Assembly: GCF_947496775.1 (NCBI RefSeq)
Contig: NZ_CANMDU010000004.1
Coordinates: forward strand, 218,426-282,425
DNA from: an uncultured Maribacter sp.
Lineage (GTDB): Bacteria > Bacteroidota > Bacteroidia > Flavobacteriales > Flavobacteriaceae
DNA: 64,000 nt
Direction of reading: 5' to 3'
The notes under the pieces are model-generated. The model saw nothing but the letters and a program-made list of their open reading frames with translations, was not told the DNA's origin and ran no database searches. Positions 60,444-64,000 of this stretch are shown here, piece by piece; the first letter of the stretch is position 1, and each line of letters begins with the position of its first letter. The position numbers were made by a program, and so were the translations under genes.

Positions 60444-61570
60444 CGAGATTCTTTAAAGTGACCCGCTATTAACTCTACAATTACGGAAGCGGCATTATCC
60501 ATACTATACTGTACCCCTTTTTCGGGATTATACGTTTGCAGTACTGTTTCAACTCCCAGTTTTTGCAATTCTTTTTCATTAACATCTAATTTACCACAAA
60601 TAGCAACTACAGGAATATTAAATCTCTTAGCCATATTTACTACACCATTTACTAATTTCCCATGGATGGTTTGGCTATCTATTTTACCTTCTCCGGTAAT
60701 AATATAATCTATATTTTTTGTCTCTATTATTTTAGGAACTTCTGCCAATTGCAATAAAAAGTTAACTCCACTTAAATATTCGGCATCTAAAAAAGTTTTT
60801 AATCCATATGCTGTTCCTCCAGCTGCACCAGCTCCTGGTATAAAAGCAAAATTCTTCCGTAATTGCTCTCCTACCAACTGATTTAAGTGTATCAATCCGT
60901 TCTCTAAGATTTGTAATTCTTCTTCATTCGCCCCTTTCTGTTTTCCATAAACATAAGCAGCTCCTTTTGTTCCAAAAAGCGGGTTATCTACATCATTTAC
61001 AGCGTAAAATTTTACACTTGCGAATGTCTTTAAAAATTTTCTCTTTTTAATTTTTGATATAGCGCCCAGATTAGCCCCTATAGGTTTTAATTCTTCCTCT
61101 GCTTTATTTGTGAAAACATATCCCAAAGCATTTGCTATACCAATACCACCATCATTGGTTGCGCTACCGCCTAAACCTATATAAATTGTCTTTATTCCTC
61201 TAGAAACAGCATCTTTTATCTGCAGGCCTGTACCATATGTAGACATTTGCATTACATTGCGTTCTTCTTCTTTTAAAAGTTCTAAACCAGAAGCTTTTGC
61301 TAATTCAATATATGCGGTATCATTATTTTCGTTCAATAAATATGTTGCTGCTATTAATCTACCCATAGGATCTAAGGTTTCAATTTCTACTTCATGAGTT
61401 GAAATACTATTAGAAATGGCATCTAAAAACCCATCTCCGCCATCTGAAGCTAGTATACTGTAAATAGTGGATGTACCATCTACTTTTTTTATTCCCTTAG
61501 AAACAGCATTAATTACTTCATTTGCAGTGAGCGACCCCTTGAATTTGTCTGGAATAAGTAAAAAATTCAT
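60440..61570 (-). CDS. Glycerate kinase
   Basis: A 376-aa product with the glycerate-kinase family pattern (MNFLLIPDKFKGSL...). Confidence 0.8.
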   Translation of the reverse strand: MNFLLIPDKFKGSLTANEVINAVSKGIKKVDGTSTIYSILASDGGDGFLDAISNSISTHEVEIETLDPMGRLIAATYLLNENNDTAYIELAKASGLELLKEEERNVMQMSTYGTGLQIKDAVSRGIKTIYIGLGGSATNDGGIGIANALGYVFTNKAEEELKPIGANLGAISKIKKRKFLKTFASVKFYAVNDVDNPLFGTKGAAYVYGKQKGANEEELQILENGLIHLNQLVGEQLRKNFAFIPGAGAAGGTAYGLKTFLDAEYLSGVNFLLQLAEVPKIIETKNIDYIITGEGKIDSQTIHGKLVNGVVNMAKRFNIPVVAICGKLDVNEKELQKLGVETVLQTYNPEKGVQYSMDNAASVIVELIAGHFKESR

Positions 61571-61620
61571 ATCCTATATCTACAGCTATATATATGGCCC
61601 ACTATACTTTTGGCTAATAA

Positions 61621-62079
61621 TTAAAAAACCTCTTTTACTTTAATTTCTTTACCATTAAAAAAAACAACATCTCCTGTCTCTTTTCCTATTAATATCCTTG
61701 CAATTGGTGTCGCTGCCGATACACAATAGACTCTTGCCTCGTTATGAACATATTCTCCTGCCGATATACAAATAAAATAATGAAATCCATTTGTTTTCAC
61801 CAAAGTTCCAGGTCCTATATATTTTTGCTTTCCAGAGATATTAATTTTACTTAATACTTGCGATACTTTTTCTACCTCTGCCAATTGTTGGCCCAGTTTT
61901 TCCCTTTCTAGTTGCAACATTGCTCTACCGGTTTCATGTTTATCACCAGCACTACTTTTGGTTTCTGTAGTTAAGGCTGTTTGTATTTCTTGGATTTGAT
62001 TCTGAATTCTATTAAAACGATTTTTAATATAATCTTTACAAAATTGAAATGCATCTTCTTTTAAACTTATTGTAGGCAT
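61621..62079 (-). CDS. GreA/GreB-family C-terminal domain protein
   Basis: A 152-aa product with an N-terminal coiled coil and a C-terminal FKBP-like Gre domain pattern. Confidence 0.5.
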   Translation of the reverse strand: MPTISLKEDAFQFCKDYIKNRFNRIQNQIQEIQTALTTETKSSAGDKHETGRAMLQLEREKLGQQLAEVEKVSQVLSKINISGKQKYIGPGTLVKTNGFHYFICISAGEYVHNEARVYCVSAATPIARILIGKETGDVVFFNGKEIKVKEVF

Positions 62080-62132
62080 AAATAATATTGTAATTCTCTT
62101 ATAAACTAATAAACCACATTCTGGCTTTGCGA

Positions 62133-62768
62133 TTAATCTTCAAAATGATATAAATCTGCTAACTGAAAAACCAGATAATTTATCATCTTTTTTTCCTCTA
62201 AGCCCTGCAAATACATTTTATAAATTGCCTCTTCATTTTCTGCTTTAAAATAGTCTAAATCACCAGACCTATCTTCACTAAAAATATTCCATGATTTTAA
62301 TCCTAAGAGCATATTTTTATGCGCCTCGTATTTTTTATTTACAATCTCTAGTTTCTTTTTTAACTCCTTATCTTTCGTTTTAGTGGCTTCACTCTTGGCT
62401 GTCCAATACTCATAATCCTGTTGTAACCTTGTATCCGCATTTTCTGCTTCTGCAATAATTTTAAAATAAGCTCTAGAAACCAGAGAAGCATATCTATCTA
62501 TAAACCACGCACTTTCAATAGATTTAAACGTGCCAGGTTCTTTTAAGATAAGTGTTTCTTCTGTACTGGTATATAAATTACTTGGGGCTTCCTCGCTTTT
62601 ATCTGCTGCGAGCGATTCTTTCCATGCTTGGGATTGAATTAATTCTTTCCAAACTTTAGCATACGCTCTTCTATACTTATTTTTAGAAGAGGAGCATGCC
62701 GCTACTAGAAAGATTGTAATAAACAGGAATACAACCTTTAAACCAAAACGTTTTATTCCTTTTTTCAT
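62133..62768 (-). CDS. Hypothetical lipoprotein
   Basis: A lipoprotein signal (VAACSSSK) on a 211-aa product. Confidence 0.45.
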   Translation of the reverse strand: MKKGIKRFGLKVVFLFITIFLVAACSSSKNKYRRAYAKVWKELIQSQAWKESLAADKSEEAPSNLYTSTEETLILKEPGTFKSIESAWFIDRYASLVSRAYFKIIAEAENADTRLQQDYEYWTAKSEATKTKDKELKKKLEIVNKKYEAHKNMLLGLKSWNIFSEDRSGDLDYFKAENEEAIYKMYLQGLEEKKMINYLVFQLADLYHFED

Positions 62769-62885
62769 TCCTATTTACAATTACGAGTTTTTCTAAAGCA
62801 TTATACTTTAGTTTAACCAAAAGAAAAGATATTAAGCAAGTTAATTTAGGCACTATCAATATAGTAATTAATTTAAATACTAGCC

Positions 62886-63974
62886 TTAAGATTTTGAATA
62901 CATTGAGGCTAGCTCTTTCCCTACAAAGCTACCAATAGCCACTCCCATGCCTCCCAATCTTACCCCACAATATACTCTGCTAGACACCGCTTTTATTATA
63001 GGTTTTTTAACCGAGCCAACACCCATAATACCACTCCATCTTTGATCAATTTCAAAAGAATTTCTGGGCAAAACTGTTTCTCTTAAAAGGGTTTCTAATT
63101 TTTCTTGAATTATAGCCGTACTTCCAAAATCTGTAGTTTCTTCTCCTTTAAAATCTAAATTTCTACCACCCCCAAGTAAGATTCTGTCTTCTATATTTCT
63201 GAAATAATAAAAACCCTCTTCCAAATGAAAATTGCCCTTAATATGCAAATTTTTTATAGGTCGGGTAATTAATACTTGAGCTCTCGCAGGTCTTACTTTT
63301 TCTTTTACTAAACTTGCCGAAAAACCATTGGTAGCAATAAAAAGCTGTTTTGTTTTAAAATGAAATCTATTCGTTTTTACCTCTACATGCTCCCTATTTT
63401 CTGCAAATTGTTCTACAGTAATTCCGTTTAAGATAGTAATATTAGATTGCAATACTTTGCTCAATAAAAATTGCATCATACTTCCAGTGTTTATCTGACC
63501 CTCAAATTTGTGGGTTATATACTTTTCATTAATATTTAAAAAATTAAAAATGTTCCTACTTACCGAAAAAGCGTTATCCTTAAAAACTGGAAATAGTACT
63601 TCATTTATCTCTTCTATTTTGGACATAGAAATATCATATAACTCCATGTCTTTTTCTAAAAATAGCTCATGTCCTCCTAGTTGTTGATACCCTATGTTTG
63701 TATCTCCTAGGTTTTCTCTTAAAGCCTGAATACCATCTAACCTTTTTTGAACCAGATCTACAACTTCTTCTGGAGTATTTATTTTTAAATCGGATAGTAT
63801 TTCTGAGAGACTTCCAAAACAAGCGAAGCCTGCATTTTTAGTGCTTGCCCCTTGTGGTAATATTCCCTTTTCTAAAACTAAGATTCGCGCCTTAGGATAT
63901 TTTATTCTTAAAGACATAGCGCAATTTAAACCCACAATTCCGCTACCAACTATAGTAAAGTCTATGTTAGACAA
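62886..63974 (-). CDS. FAD-dependent oxidoreductase (DAO family)
   Basis: An N-terminal GSGIVG dinucleotide-binding motif. Confidence 0.75.
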   Translation of the reverse strand: MSNIDFTIVGSGIVGLNCAMSLRIKYPKARILVLEKGILPQGASTKNAGFACFGSLSEILSDLKINTPEEVVDLVQKRLDGIQALRENLGDTNIGYQQLGGHELFLEKDMELYDISMSKIEEINEVLFPVFKDNAFSVSRNIFNFLNINEKYITHKFEGQINTGSMMQFLLSKVLQSNITILNGITVEQFAENREHVEVKTNRFHFKTKQLFIATNGFSASLVKEKVRPARAQVLITRPIKNLHIKGNFHLEEGFYYFRNIEDRILLGGGRNLDFKGEETTDFGSTAIIQEKLETLLRETVLPRNSFEIDQRWSGIMGVGSVKKPIIKAVSSRVYCGVRLGGMGVAIGSFVGKELASMYSKS

Positions 63975-64000
63975 CCATGTTTTATATTCCCAATAACTAA

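Overview
This 64-kb window reads as a low-GC Bacteroidetes (Flavobacteriia-like) chromosome segment that is mostly housekeeping and catabolic genes. The RNA-repair locus is the best candidate for the system the prompt asks about, on sequence-only evidence.

Ordinary content, in order:
- sodA.
- An AddA/AddB-like helicase-nuclease pair split by a TSP3-repeat OmpA gene.
- A tyrosine-catabolism cluster (hppD-fahA-hmgA) with a divergent TetR regulator.
- A secreted PAP2/vanadium-haloperoxidase-like protein with a T9SS C-terminal domain.
- A TonB-dependent receptor locus, recJ, rsmI, tdk, alr, mscL, asd, a prolyl oligopeptidase, arfB and a glycerate kinase.

The most interesting segment is about 22.1-31.1 kb, a probable accessory RNA-repair locus abutting a disrupted tRNA cluster:
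- A WYL-domain regulator, read on the minus strand and co-directional with a 1148-aa VIT/vWA secreted protein.
- Read divergently, RtcB1 (RNA ligase), then a CCA-adding-enzyme-like nucleotidyltransferase with an HD domain, then a standalone 96-aa S24 (LexA-like) peptidase domain.
- A roughly 390-nt terminator-bounded noncoding unit.
- RtcB2, then PrfH (GGQ release-factor homologue), then a TPR protein with a poly-Lys tail that is translationally coupled to prfH.
- The RtcB2-PrfH-TPR cassette sits between two homologous 'GGACGCT...AGCGTCCAA-loop-TTGGGCGCT-T7' conditional-terminator-like elements.
- Next comes tRNA-Arg, then a split tRNA-like element with a roughly 150-nt insertion, then a mosaic of tRNA 3' and 5' halves.

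A second notable feature is a tandem array of four roughly 70-nt sRNA-like units (1-760). Each unit has a Bacteroidetes -7 box, a conserved 39-nt core and its own, different, intrinsic terminator. All coordinates and structures were read by eye and need computational confirmation.
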